DNA from: Orbicella franksi
Lineage: Eukaryota
Assembly (NCBI GenBank): GCA_964199315.1
Contig: OZ116709.1
Coordinates: 6,324,001-6,388,000, forward strand
Direction of reading: 5' to 3'
Length of the DNA: 64,000 bases
Position 1 is the stretch's first letter. Every line of letters starts with the position of its first letter. The translations under genes and the position numbers were made by a program. Of this stretch, positions 48,860 to 60,097 are shown piece after piece. The notes below the pieces were generated by a model. That model saw only the letters and a list, made by a program, of their open reading frames with translations, did no database searches and was not told the origin of the DNA.

Positions 48860-50828
48860 TAACTATTTTCTTCAGGAGTGTCCCACCCAGTCAACGGTCC
48901 TATGCGTTAGGAATCCAGATGGATCTTGTCAGGATTCTGGGGGCCATTCCAGGGCCTATCGCGTTTGGCGCCTTACTGGACAAGACATGCATACTTTGGA
49001 ACACAAAGTAATTACGCTTTATTTGTGAATTTGCTCTGGAGCAGTTTTCAATTGAGTATCGTAAAAATAAACTACAACCACAGTAATTACTCTGGCAAAT
49101 CACTAAGGACACAGATAATTCATTAAACCAATGTTGACCAATCAAAACTCGAAGTAAATACGTGAAGCCGACGCGAAGCGCGGGAAAACTGTGTGAGCGA
49201 GTCACGATTGCCTTTGGCTAGATGAAAAAGTAGCGCGAGCTGTTTTCAGCCAATCGTGAAGCGTAGTGATTCAAAACCAATTACTTTTTCTAAAAAACTG
49301 CTCTAAATGTTCGTCAGAGTAACTATAGGTTGGTTGTCACTAAACATCGTCTTCTCATTAATGGATAATAAATATAAAAGTTAGCTTTACGACAATCTGC
49401 CAAGCATTCACATGTAGAGCTGGCGTAAAGAGCTTAAGGTGTCACAGTTCCTTTTAAGGATAGTACGCCCCCCCCCCCTTCCCTCTAGCCTAATACGCGG
49501 AAACGTTTTAGCCTTGTAAAGAGCATCTGCCATATCTGCGTGGCTGAAGTTCCTGGGCAGCTGGTTCATATTATTAGTACCTTACTATGAAAGTGTTCGT
49601 CTGGAGGTACCGTAATTTATATAAATGCTTTTCAACCAGGGTAGCAATTCTTAGAGCAGGATGCAACAGTGATGTGTCCCTGTTGCGTGACAACCCTTAA
49701 AATTGGTTGTTAAGGAATGGTTTTTAATTACAGGTGCGGTAGAAAAGGTCATTGTCTGGAGTACGACCATGATGGACTGGCGCAAGTGATGGTGGGAGTT
49801 TTTGCCTCATGTAAATTCATCACCATGGTATGTTTCTTTCTGTCGTGGTTCTTTTGCCTTCGACTTCAAGCCAAAGAAAAGATGAAAGATGTTAACAATA
49901 AAAAAGAAGGAGAAGAAGAGGAAGCTAGAGAAGCCCTCACTGAAGCTAGTGGAAAAATATTAATCTATAACCAGGAGACAGCGATGTGAATAAAAAAAAA
50001 CCAAAAAACAAAACCCCGTGCCTTTAAGTTAGGAAATGAAATATGACCGCACCGCGTCACCCACCAAGTAATTTGAGCTCATGGTCTCAAATTAGTTTTT
50101 TGTCAATGATGTTTTCATTAAGTTTAAAACCCTCAAGCTTATATGCTTGTGGCGTCACTGTGTGGTTCAAATCTGGGCCGATTTTGACGAAAAATTTGCA
50201 CCAAAATTTCCCGTAAATTTCTTGTAAAGATCTACTCATTGAAAGCATAAAATTGTGGATCCCCCCATACATGATATAGTTCACCATCTCTGGTGTGGTT
50301 GAAACTTTTTTCTGCAATATATATATGTGTCTCCAATGAGAGGTGTAAAATCAGGTATCGTCTAGGAGTTTGCCTAATATACCAAAGGATTTGGACTTTT
50401 TTGGACTTTTTCATTCTCTCTTTTCAAACCATTGTTTGTCAAAACTATCACTTTTTTGGTGGTTGTTGATCCGATTTTGGGGATACAAAGATCAATAGCT
50501 TTTAAATCGTATATCATATATGGAAACAGGGGGTCTATTTATTCAATTGGAAAAACGCCCGTGCAAAGTAGAACTGACAGAGTTAACAGGACCTTGCGTT
50601 TTTAATGGTTCAAACAGAGGTTGAAGTATAGAGAGTTGACATATAAAATTTTATAGTGTGGTATTCCATAGTTAAAACGTAATAAAATGATCTATTTCTC
50701 AGGAAAATGTAATACTTTGTTCAATGAAAACTTTTTTTTTTTTCTCTATTACATCTCCAAAGATGTCTAAGTTAATTACGCCATTTGAAAGCTATAAGTG
50801 AATGCAGTTTCCGCGGTACGTTAAGATT

Positions 50829-51003
50829 TAGAGACCACGATACAGACCTCACTGCTTTTGTTGTGTAAACCAAGTTGTTCTAATGTTAACTAGATGTATT
50901 TACATGACAAAAGCAGAGAGGTCTGTATCGAAGCAAGGTCACCTCCAGCCTCGCTGCCATTCAAAGGCTAGGTCACCGAGCAGACAACTGTAAAACGGTC
51001 TCT
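50829..51003. mobile_element. Left-truncated palindromic MITE immediately upstream of SLCO-C
   Basis: Internal hairpin GATACAGACCTCACTGCTTTTGT / ACAAAAGCAGAGAGGTCTGTATC; termini TAGAGACC ... GGTCTCT. Confidence 0.6.
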
Positions 51004-51042
51004 TTACTATCCATGCTATTACGTAATCCATCAGACATAAGA

Positions 51043-54000
51043 ATGACTGAAGATAAACAGTTGTCATTCGGCTGGCTGAGATTTCGTCCGACATGGCTGC
51101 AGTTCCTCAACACTCCAAAATGGTTCTTATTCTTCTTGAGTCAGTATTTCTTCACTCAGAGTATCGTTGTTAATGGAGTATATCCAGGGTCCATCAGCAC
51201 TATAGAGAAGCGGTTTGGTTACTCCAGGTGAGTGCGTGCTTTTAATTTTGAAGCCGATTACGTTTTGTTTACCTGCCTGCTATATACATGTTCATGAAGT
51301 GGTTGTACGTGACAAAGCAGTGAATCTTACGTTTGTTAAGTTTTGTTTAGCGCTAAAAAAAGAAGACAAAAAGATCTGCAAGTTTTATGTGCAGTAATAA
51401 AATTAATAACCATAATACAATATTAAAAAGTATCTGTAAAGTCTGTAAATCCCTCGTGACTGATGATCATGACTCTTGAAAATCATTTGAAGTGGTCGAT
51501 CGGACTGACTTTTGATTCTAATATAATAATATAACCGTGCGTGCCTACGTTGTGATATAAAGCGGAGGTAAAACGTTTTCTGCATGGATGATTTGGCAAC
51601 TACTAGTAAACGAGAAACAGAACCAACACATTCGACCGATAAGTGCTGCCAAAGATTTTATTGAAAAAATCGTTTTCAAGAGAAACTTTCTGAGGATTTT
51701 TTCATTGGAAATTCTCACTTGAAAATATGGAGGAAAAAGGTACTGTAGGCAAGTGCTTTCTGTAACAACATAATATACACTGTTTTAAAAAATTTAAATT
51801 TATGAACTTGACAACTACTCAATTGTTTGCTCTTCCATTGTTTTTGCGTCTAATATTTGCGTCATAAAACAACTGTGCATGTTGGAATCAACTTCTTTTA
51901 GCAAGAGTTCTTTCAGTTCAATCTTACAAAAATAATAAAAAACAAAATTTGAAAAAGAAAAATAGACATTGAATGTTGTCTTTTATTCATACTCAGCTGT
52001 GTAATTGATAATTCGATGATGCGCAGCTAAAAGCATGAATCAATTATTTTTTTAGTATTGCTAATGGCATGGATAAATGTCTCCCTCGAGACGAAGTGAT
52101 GAGCGTGCGTCACTGTATTACGATGAACGCTTATCCGCACTACGCTGGAGGAATTTGAAAACAGACACTTCTCTCTGAAAACGCATCAAACCTTATTCGT
52201 CTACACTACGCCGGAGATACTCAAAGTCGCAGGGAAATCTCATCATTACCGTGACGCCATCGTTTTCGAAAAACTCTGTTTTCAAAATGTTTTCCGTCCA
52301 CATGAAAACGAAAGGCCGGTACGTGTTTTCAAATTCCTCCGGTTTGAAGAGCGTTTTCGAAAAGTTCTGTTACCGTGACGGATTAGTGTGGACGTTAGAC
52401 TTTATAACTGAAGAAAATAGCTGCGTTTTCAAATTCTCTGGCGTAGTGTGGACGGATTAAGCTCAATTACAAGCCGCTGTCAGGGTATTCGAGTAAACAA
52501 GTCGTTTGTTTTTTTTTTCCTCTGGTTGGAAAAAAGTCGGCGTTGAAAAACTATTGTGCCTTTTATGCTTTATCTTTCAAGAAAGACAAAAAATCTATTC
52601 ACTTCCTTTTCGTGTCACAAACGAGGTAAAATAAATATAAAATAGCTCATAATATCCTGTAACAAATAAAATTTTGTACAAGATGAAGAAGAAGAAGCAA
52701 CAACCTGATTGTCCTTATTGCCATGACATTGATCAGACCCCACTCCATTAATTTGTAGAATTTCCAACTGCTAAAACCTTTTGGAATAAATTTACAAAAA
52801 AGTGGTACAATGCTACATGTAGAGGGAACATTGCTATGGAGCAAACCGAAATTATCTATGGTGTTTTAAACGCACATCGCCCGGTTTAACCCTGAATGAC
52901 CTGATCATAATTGGAAAATATCATTAATGTAAAGAAGTTCTTTACATTATCGCAATACAAGATGAAAAAAGACCTCAGTTCACAGATTTCGTAACGTTCG
53001 TTAATGAAAAAATTGAATTAGGGAAATACATCGCGATTACGACAAATAAACTATTTTCTTTTACTAAAAAATGGTCCAACTTCAAGTTTTAAACAATTAA
53101 AAATTGGAGGCTAGCTGTGCAAAAATACAAATATTGTTACTATCTATTTTGGTCACGCAAATTTATCAATTTGTAAGTAATTGTATTGTATCGTAGTATT
53201 AGTATTGTTCTCAGTATTATAAGTATCGTCATGTTAGTAATATCGTATTGTAAGTAGTTCCGTATTTCTTCAAGTCGTTTTATTACCGTATTGTTAATAG
53301 TATAAGTATTATAGTATTATTTTATACGTAGTATAGTTTAAGCAGTTTGTTGTAACTTGTTGCGCATGAAATAAATAAATAAATAAACAAATGTCGATAG
53401 AAACACAGGGAATGGTTTCCATAGTGTTCACTATAGACACAAATTACAATGTTTTACGATAACTGCAGAAATTCTCGCGCTCTCATTGGCTAATTTTCAT
53501 TGTCAATAAGCGGACAGACGCATGCATTCATAATTTATGCGATGCGTCAACGATTGAGAGCGGACAATTTGACAATTTGATATCGTGAAAAAAAAAGACG
53601 TCATAACATTGTGAAGATAACCTGCGGATCCACTCGGCGATCCATAGCTACTTTGACAATGTTATGACGAAATTAATGATCAATAACAGGACGGACGCAT
53701 GAAAATTTGTTAACTTAGTGATAACCGCTGACCATAATATTCAAAACTAAATTTTACAGTTACATGATGGGAATGGTGACCAGCAGTTATGACGTAGCAG
53801 CCATGATCTTAACTCCGCTGATAAGCTATATCGGAGGCTCACGAAAGAAGCCAGTGTTCTGTGCCTGGGGTCTGTTCACAATGGGCATCGGTTTCTTTAT
53901 TTTCATCCTGCCACATTTTGTCTCGCCTCCTTACGAAGCAGGTATGTCCGTCCTAAGCGTTCATCAAAAGAAAAAGAATTAAAAAAAATACTAACGGCGT

Positions 54001-57000
54001 ATTTATGTCTTGTTCTACACCAATAAGGTGCCCTCACGAATGCCATTGTGAGTGACTCGGGACTTTGCGCGGCAAATCGCACTGATTTTGGCGGGAAAAG
54101 TGATTGCAACGAAGAAGCCGCCAGTGGAAATACTCTTTACTACGCGCTGTTCATTCTGGGAATGGTTGTAGCAGGCGCCGGTTGCACTCCTATGATCGCT
54201 TTGGGAATTCCATATATGGATGAAAACGTCAGCGCTAAGGTGTCACCCATGTACGTGGGTATACTTATGGCCTGTGGAATTACTGGTTAGTTGTCATGGT
54301 GACTCGATTTAACCCTTTCTAGTTGTATAATGACTTTTCTGTCTTCAACTGAACAAGTCGTGCGATTAAAACTATATGCAGTCAACAGTACATATATAGT
54401 CATTATTCTAAATATTATATTACTAGTTCAACTGGGGTTTATAAGAGTTTCTAAGAGTCACCAAAGTGCCCAGGCTGGAAGAAGAATTTCTGCTCTATCA
54501 GCAAGTAGTTGTCCATGAGAGAATCAATCAATATATGAAAGAATCAATCGATATGTGATGAGTGCGATGAGTGTTTACTTAACGTATATACAATGGCTAC
54601 GTATACATGTATGTGGTCTACGTTCTGTTACTCAGATTTTCAAATGCCCGCCGAATCCCTGGGACTATATTTTTGTTGTATTTGTCACTGAAATTGCTAT
54701 TAATCACAGAATAAAAAAAACATTGATGTTTGTAACAGTTCGATTTTTTTCTTTATTCGTGTATTTTCTTTTCATTTCATTTCAGGTTCCGCTGTTGGAT
54801 TTGTGTTGCTCACAAGCTTTCTTTCAATGTTTGTGGAACTTGGTGTCCAGACCTCGTTAACAATGCAGGATACACGGTGGGTGGGGAACTGGTGGCTAGG
54901 GTTTGCCATATTTGGTGCGATCTGCGTATTTTGGAGTGTTTGGCTGTTAGGATTCCCGAAAGAGTTTCCGCTGACCAAGAAACAATGGGAAATCGAACTC
55001 GGCGTAGGTGAAACTGCAGCCAAAGTGGTAGGTTGCTTCTTTAGAGTGTATGATGTAGTTTTATTTTCTTCCTTGAAAGATAAAAAATGCGTGACAAGTA
55101 AAGTGAACATAACCTAATCGTTTTCCTTGGCAACCAAGTTAACGTTAGGTAATGATTCCGTTTTGCGCTTTGGCGTCTCTCAGTAAACCATCCCCACCCA
55201 ACCCCTACTCCTCGTCCCCGCTCCCAGCTCCCATTCCGTGAGTGAACTTTCCAATACCAACCATCTTTCAACAAGGGTTTGTCGAATTTTATTTGACTTT
55301 GTGAAGGGTTTGGTTTGCTGGTTTAAAGTTAAATTAGAGCAGGATTGAACATGTTTAGACATGGCACTTAGCAGATCTCTCAAATAAGAAATGTCTGGTA
55401 CTCTCTCCTAGACAAAAAAAGACGAAGTAACAGAAGAAGGAAGAGAAAAAGCAAGCTACACCAAGTTGAAAGATCTTCCCAAAGCAACAAAACTCTTGTT
55501 TTCACGCCTTCCTTTCGTATTCATCACACTTGGTGTCTGCTTGGAGAATTTTACTTTTACAGCTGCAACTGCGTTTCTGCCAAAAATCATGCAAACGCAG
55601 TTTTATCTGCCACCTGGCAAAGCAGCTCTTTTGTTTGGCGTGATAGCTGTACCTTGTGGATTCTTAGGCAACTTGATAGGTGAGAAATAAACACAATATC
55701 CAAAGTAGCTGGAACTTCTGCCACAATAGCAGGTGCTCTCATCGGCTACTTTGAGGTCACGTAACAATCAGACGGTTGCCGCCTATGTATTCACCAGGGT
55801 GGCAATAGACATTGCCAACTCTATGACGTCAGAGCTCAACAGTGCACCGTTGCCCTTGAATGGTGGCCGGCCAACAACGGCTGTTTTGAAATGAGATCTA
55901 TTGATTTTCACGTTGGACTTATCTCTTGGTAACTGGTACCTAACCTCGAATATCCAGTTAATTTCTTTCACTCGAATCTCTAGGGAGACATTGAGATTCT
56001 CAGGAAACATGATTTACTGTTTCCCTTGGGCCGAGTAGTTCATTTGATGGTTTATCGGCGTTCAAACCTTCAGACGATCTATCGTCGAGGACCCGAATTC
56101 CATGGAATAAATGCAGTTTACTTTCTGCCATGGTTCACTGGCTTTTCCCCAAGAAACTCAAAACAGCTAAAAGACCTACTATTGAGCAACCGCGCGAGAA
56201 AGATTACTTACAGCTAAATAATTTCTTTTTCCAGGGGCGTATATCACCAAACGTCTAAAACTAAACCTGACTAATTCTGCCAGGATGTGTTTTATTGTCG
56301 CTGTATTTGGATTTATGTGTGCGTGTGTCCTGTACATCAAATGCGACACTCCAAATATTGCTGGTGTGAATAGACTATATCTGAACAGGTAAGAGNNNNN
56401 NNNNNNNNNNNNNNNNNNNNNNNNNNNNNNNNNNNNNNNNNNNNNNNNNNNNNNNNNNNNNNNNNNNNNNNNNNNNNNNNNNNNNNNNNNNNNNNNNNNN
56501 NNNNNNNNNNNNNNNNNNNNNNNNNNNNNNNNNNNNNNNNNNNNNNNNNNNNNNNNNNNACTGTTCATGTGTAACAAGAACGAGTCATGAATTATATATT
56601 ACCTTAAATTTCGTATAGCTCGGGTCCAGTCCAGCTCTCTTCACCATGTAACGAGGCCTGTAACTGTACTGGTGTAAATTATGCTCCTGTGTGCGGTGGA
56701 CCGCTGACCTATTTTTCGCCCTGTCATGCTGGTTGTAGTGAGGGGAACAAAACGAACAAGGTACGAAATGTCAAGTCATCGTTGTGGCGTGCAATGTCGC
56801 TGTATATGTTTACTGTATTTTTATTTTACTGTATTATGTTGAGCTCGTTGTTATCTTGTAATCCTTTTCTGTGTCATTTCCTTTCAGGGTTCCTTTTCCT
56901 ACTCCAACTGCGCCTGCGTCACTAAAACTGGCAAAACAACAGGGGAAGCGAAGAAAGGCACATGCGATGTTGACTGCGGGCTCAACTTCGTACTCTTTTT

Positions 57001-58524
57001 AACCCTTCTTGCTTTATTTCCGTTTTTGATGTTTCTGAATGACACTCCAGCGACAATAGTGACCTTACGGTTTGTAAAGCACACTAGCATTGTTCAGCAA
57101 ACTTTCACCTTGATAATCTCTTGTTTAAACGTATTATTAATTCATCAGTTTTACAGTTTATACAAAAGAAACCATAACCGTGAGGGTGTTTTGTTGATAT
57201 CGATCTGATCTTAATTAGCATTGATCTTTACCAGATTTTATTACACCATTTTCTCGTCAAGAGGACTGCCTCCTGCCAGTTGGGATTTTTTAGTCTGTTA
57301 TGTTTATTTACAATATTTGTTTATTTCCGTTTAAGTGGCATGCCTGAAAACTAGCAAGTTGTAGCTAAGCACATCGACCACTATAAATATTCAACATTTA
57401 ACATTTCTTTAAATTTCAGGAGTGTCCCACCCAGTCAGCGGGCGTACGGGTTAGGAATCCAGATGGATCTTGTCAGGATTCTGGGGGCCATTCCAGGACC
57501 AATCGTGTTTGGCGTCTTACTGGACGAGACATGCATACTTTGGAACACAAAGTAACTGCGCTTTATTTGTGATTTTGCTTTAGAGCAGCTTTCAATTGAG
57601 TGTCGTAAAATTTAGCCACAACCAAAGTAACCACTCTGGCAAATCACAAAGGTCACAGACAATCCAACGAACCAATCAAAACTCGAAGTAAATATGTGTA
57701 GCAGACGCGAAGCGCCGGAAAACGAGTGCGAGCGAGTCACGCTTGGCTTTGGTTTTACTTCTGATTGCATGAAGAAGTGACCCGAGTTTTGTTAGCCAAT
57801 CGTGAAGCGTATTTATTCAAGACCAATTACTTTTCGACACTCAAGTGAAAACCGCCGTAAATTAAATGTACTTCAGAGTAACTATAGGTTGGTTTTGGAT
57901 AATAATGGATAATGAATGTTAAAGTTAGCTTTACGACAATCTTCCAAGGACTTTATATATATAGAACTGGCGTAAAGAGGTTAAGGTGGCACATTTTAAG
58001 GATAGTGATCTAACTCCCTCCCCCCACCCCCCTAGCCTCCTCGCGGAAACTTTTTGGTCAAAAGGGCATCTGCCACATCTGCGTGGCTGAAGTTCCTGGG
58101 AAGCTGGTTCATTTTATTAGTTCCTTACTATGACAGTGTTTGTCTAGATGTACCGTAATTTTATATAAATAAACTTCAAACGGGGTAGCAATTCTTAGAG
58201 CCGTGATGCAACGCGCCCCTGTTGTTTGACAATGCTAAGGATGTCTGTGAAAGAATGAGCTTTCATTACAGATGCGGTAGAAAAGGCTATTGTCTGGAGT
58301 ACGACCATGATGGACTGGCGCAAGTGCTGGTGGGAGTTTTTGCCACATGTAAATTCATCACCATGGTATGTTTCTTTCTGTCGTGGTTCTTTTGCCGACG
58401 ATTTCAAACCAAAGAGAAGATGAAAGATGTTAAAAACGAAAGAGAAAGAGAAGAAGAAGCTAGAGAAGCCCTCACTGAAGCTAGTGGAAAAACATTGCTC
58501 TATAACCAGGAGACAGCGATGTGA
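51043..58524 (+). CDS. SLCO: OATP/SLCO paralogue C; 10 exons, 665 aa, intact; recent tandem duplicate of B
   Basis: Exons 51043-51227, 53760-53941, 54028-54285, 54786-55027, 55412-55679, 56235-56388, 56619-56760, 56888-57069, 57420-57551, 58272-58524; 1998 nt open. Introns and the 3' flank align with B. Intron 6 contains an N gap. An in-frame upstream ATG at 51013 is a possible alternative start. Confidence 0.92.
52131..52457. mobile_element. MITE in SLCO-C intron 1; absent from B
   Basis: CGCACTACGCTGGAGGAATTTGAAAAC / GTTTTCAAATTCTCTGGCGTAGTGTG inverted termini. Confidence 0.7.
52590..53391 (+). mobile_element. 5'-truncated L1/Tx1-clade LINE (ORF2 C-terminus, 3' UTR and (AAAT)n tail) in SLCO-C intron 1
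   Basis: Degenerate translation KIYSLPFRVTNEVK..YKIAHNIL.TNKILYKMKKKKQQPDCPYCHDIDQTPLH*FVEFPTAKTFW..LIIIGKYH..KYIAITTNKLFSFTKKW (a zf-RVT-like Cys/His region). Stop at 53090-53092; tail at 53369-53387. Absent from B. Confidence 0.8.
56396..56559. other. Assembly gap (164 N) in SLCO-C intron 6
   Basis: Run of N read directly. Confidence 0.99.
57255..57405 (+). mobile_element. SINE 3' fragment (CCAGTTGGGATT core family) in SLCO-C intron 8
   Basis: Shares the CCAGTTGGGATT core and downstream GTTT.ATT...AATATTTGTTT with the element at 61950-62180. Confidence 0.5.
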
Positions 58525-60097
58525 AGTAAAACGCCCCCCCCGTCCCCCCCCCCAAAAAAAACGTGCGTTCAAGTTAGGTAATGAAACATGACCGCACCTC
58601 GTCACCCACTAAGTAATTTTAAGCTCACAGTCAAATTTTTTTTTTTTTAAAGTTTTCATTAAATTTAAAAATCTCAAGCTTGTGACGTCACTGTGTGGTT
58701 CAAATCTCGGGCGATTTTGACGAACATTTTGCACCAAATTCCTTTAGTGATCCGTCCTTCTACTCCTATGTTTTTTTATGTTCACTCAAACGGGATGGAG
58801 GCTAACTCGATAACCTTGCGATTCTATTAGCCTCCGTGCACAAACTATATACCATTTATATATGTATCTTTTTTTCTTTTTTATGCTAATGTTGTAATTT
58901 CAAAATGTAAGAGCAAAATAAGATGGGAGTTGAAATTGAAGTTGAAAATTTCCTTGTAAAGATCTACTCATTGAAAACATAAAATTGTGGATCCCCCTGT
59001 ACATGATATAGTTCACCATCTCTGGTATGGTTGAAACTTTTTTCTGCAATATATGTGTCACTTTACACTCAGTCACTTTACTCTAAAACACTTCCTTTTA
59101 TGATGTATATGATAAGAGTAAAAAGTGATTAGTTATATCAAAATTAGTTAAAGGGCATTGTCTAGATACTTGTGCTATTCTAAATAAAACGCTTTACGAA
59201 GAAAGATGTATTTGTTGATTTCATAACTGGCAGCGAAAAGATTCAACGTTATTCTAAAACTGCAGGGATAGAGTGCTTATGATGATACGGTCACACCAAT
59301 GAATATATTTGCGGTACATTTCCGCCGGTTTCGAGAATCTGAAATTGCGCTTTTCGTTGATCATTCAATCAATGGTCGGAAGCAATCAAGTGAAGACAAG
59401 ATTGAAATGATATCAAAAAAGAAGATACTGCTACATCAGTACACTTTCTTGACTTATATCGCTAAGCCGTACCCCTCCACAGTGACTGCAAATCCTTAGA
59501 ACTATCAACAAGGATATACAGTAGTCACTGAAAGCAACAGAAAAGGATTCCTGGCACAAAGGGCCAAGATGTTCAACATTTTATTTGTAACCAAAATTGG
59601 CTTCAGTGTAGTCGTTAACGAGCAGTCTCTTCCACTAAACGATATACCAAGCCATTCGTCAAAGACCGTGACAGAGCTGAAAGGAGGAAACCCGTGAGCC
59701 AAACGTATAAGGCTAGAGTTTTATACGCTAGAGTCTTAAATCAGGTATGCAAAACATTCTTTCATCAGTTATGTAACAACTGTCCACATATGACCGTCGT
59801 GTCAAGTGACACAAGTTAGGTAATAGCTATCAAGGCTGGGGGCAAAAAATGACGCCGGGATAAAGTTGCTGCCAAAAATTGTCGCTCGTGAATATTACCG
59901 GATGAGGTGAAATTTGATCCAGGCTACATTCCATATTAGTGCTTGCCTCCCTTTACTTGTTCCTTATGAAAATTGAAGCAAACTCTTCGTCTCCGCAAGG
60001 TTAAACTACATAGCTGACTGTAGTTTGACTGCAATCCCGAACATATTTGAACACACTGAATGCCGGTGTCCCGCTCTGTCTACACAATCCTCCCAAC

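Larger units (their letters stand above)
42479..49989 (+). pseudogene. SLCO: OATP/SLCO paralogue B; nine exons intact, exon 6 truncated and missing its donor (probable recent pseudogene or truncated isoform)
   Basis: Exons 42479-42666, 44191-44372, 44462-44719, 45225-45478, 46222-46489, 46992-(homology ends about 47074), 47257-47398, 47505-47686, 48876-49007, 49734-49989. The exon 6 frame runs into a TCC-rich tract and stops at TAA 47219-47221. Skipping exon 6 would frameshift (phase 1 to phase 2). Confidence 0.7.

Noticed and set aside
51013-51042. Upstream in-frame ATG extending SLCO-C by 10 aa
   Set aside because: The homologous B sequence is 1 nt shorter (out of frame) and lacks the ATG, so 51043 is preferred; the upstream start is not fully excluded.
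42479-58524. B and C as uncollapsed alleles
   Set aside because: Exon differences of several percent, codon indels and many private TE insertions exceed what is expected for alleles; read depth would settle it.
59500-59697. About 65 open codons on the plus strand after an AG, between C and D
   Set aside because: No start, no partner exon and no similarity to OATP or any family I recognise.
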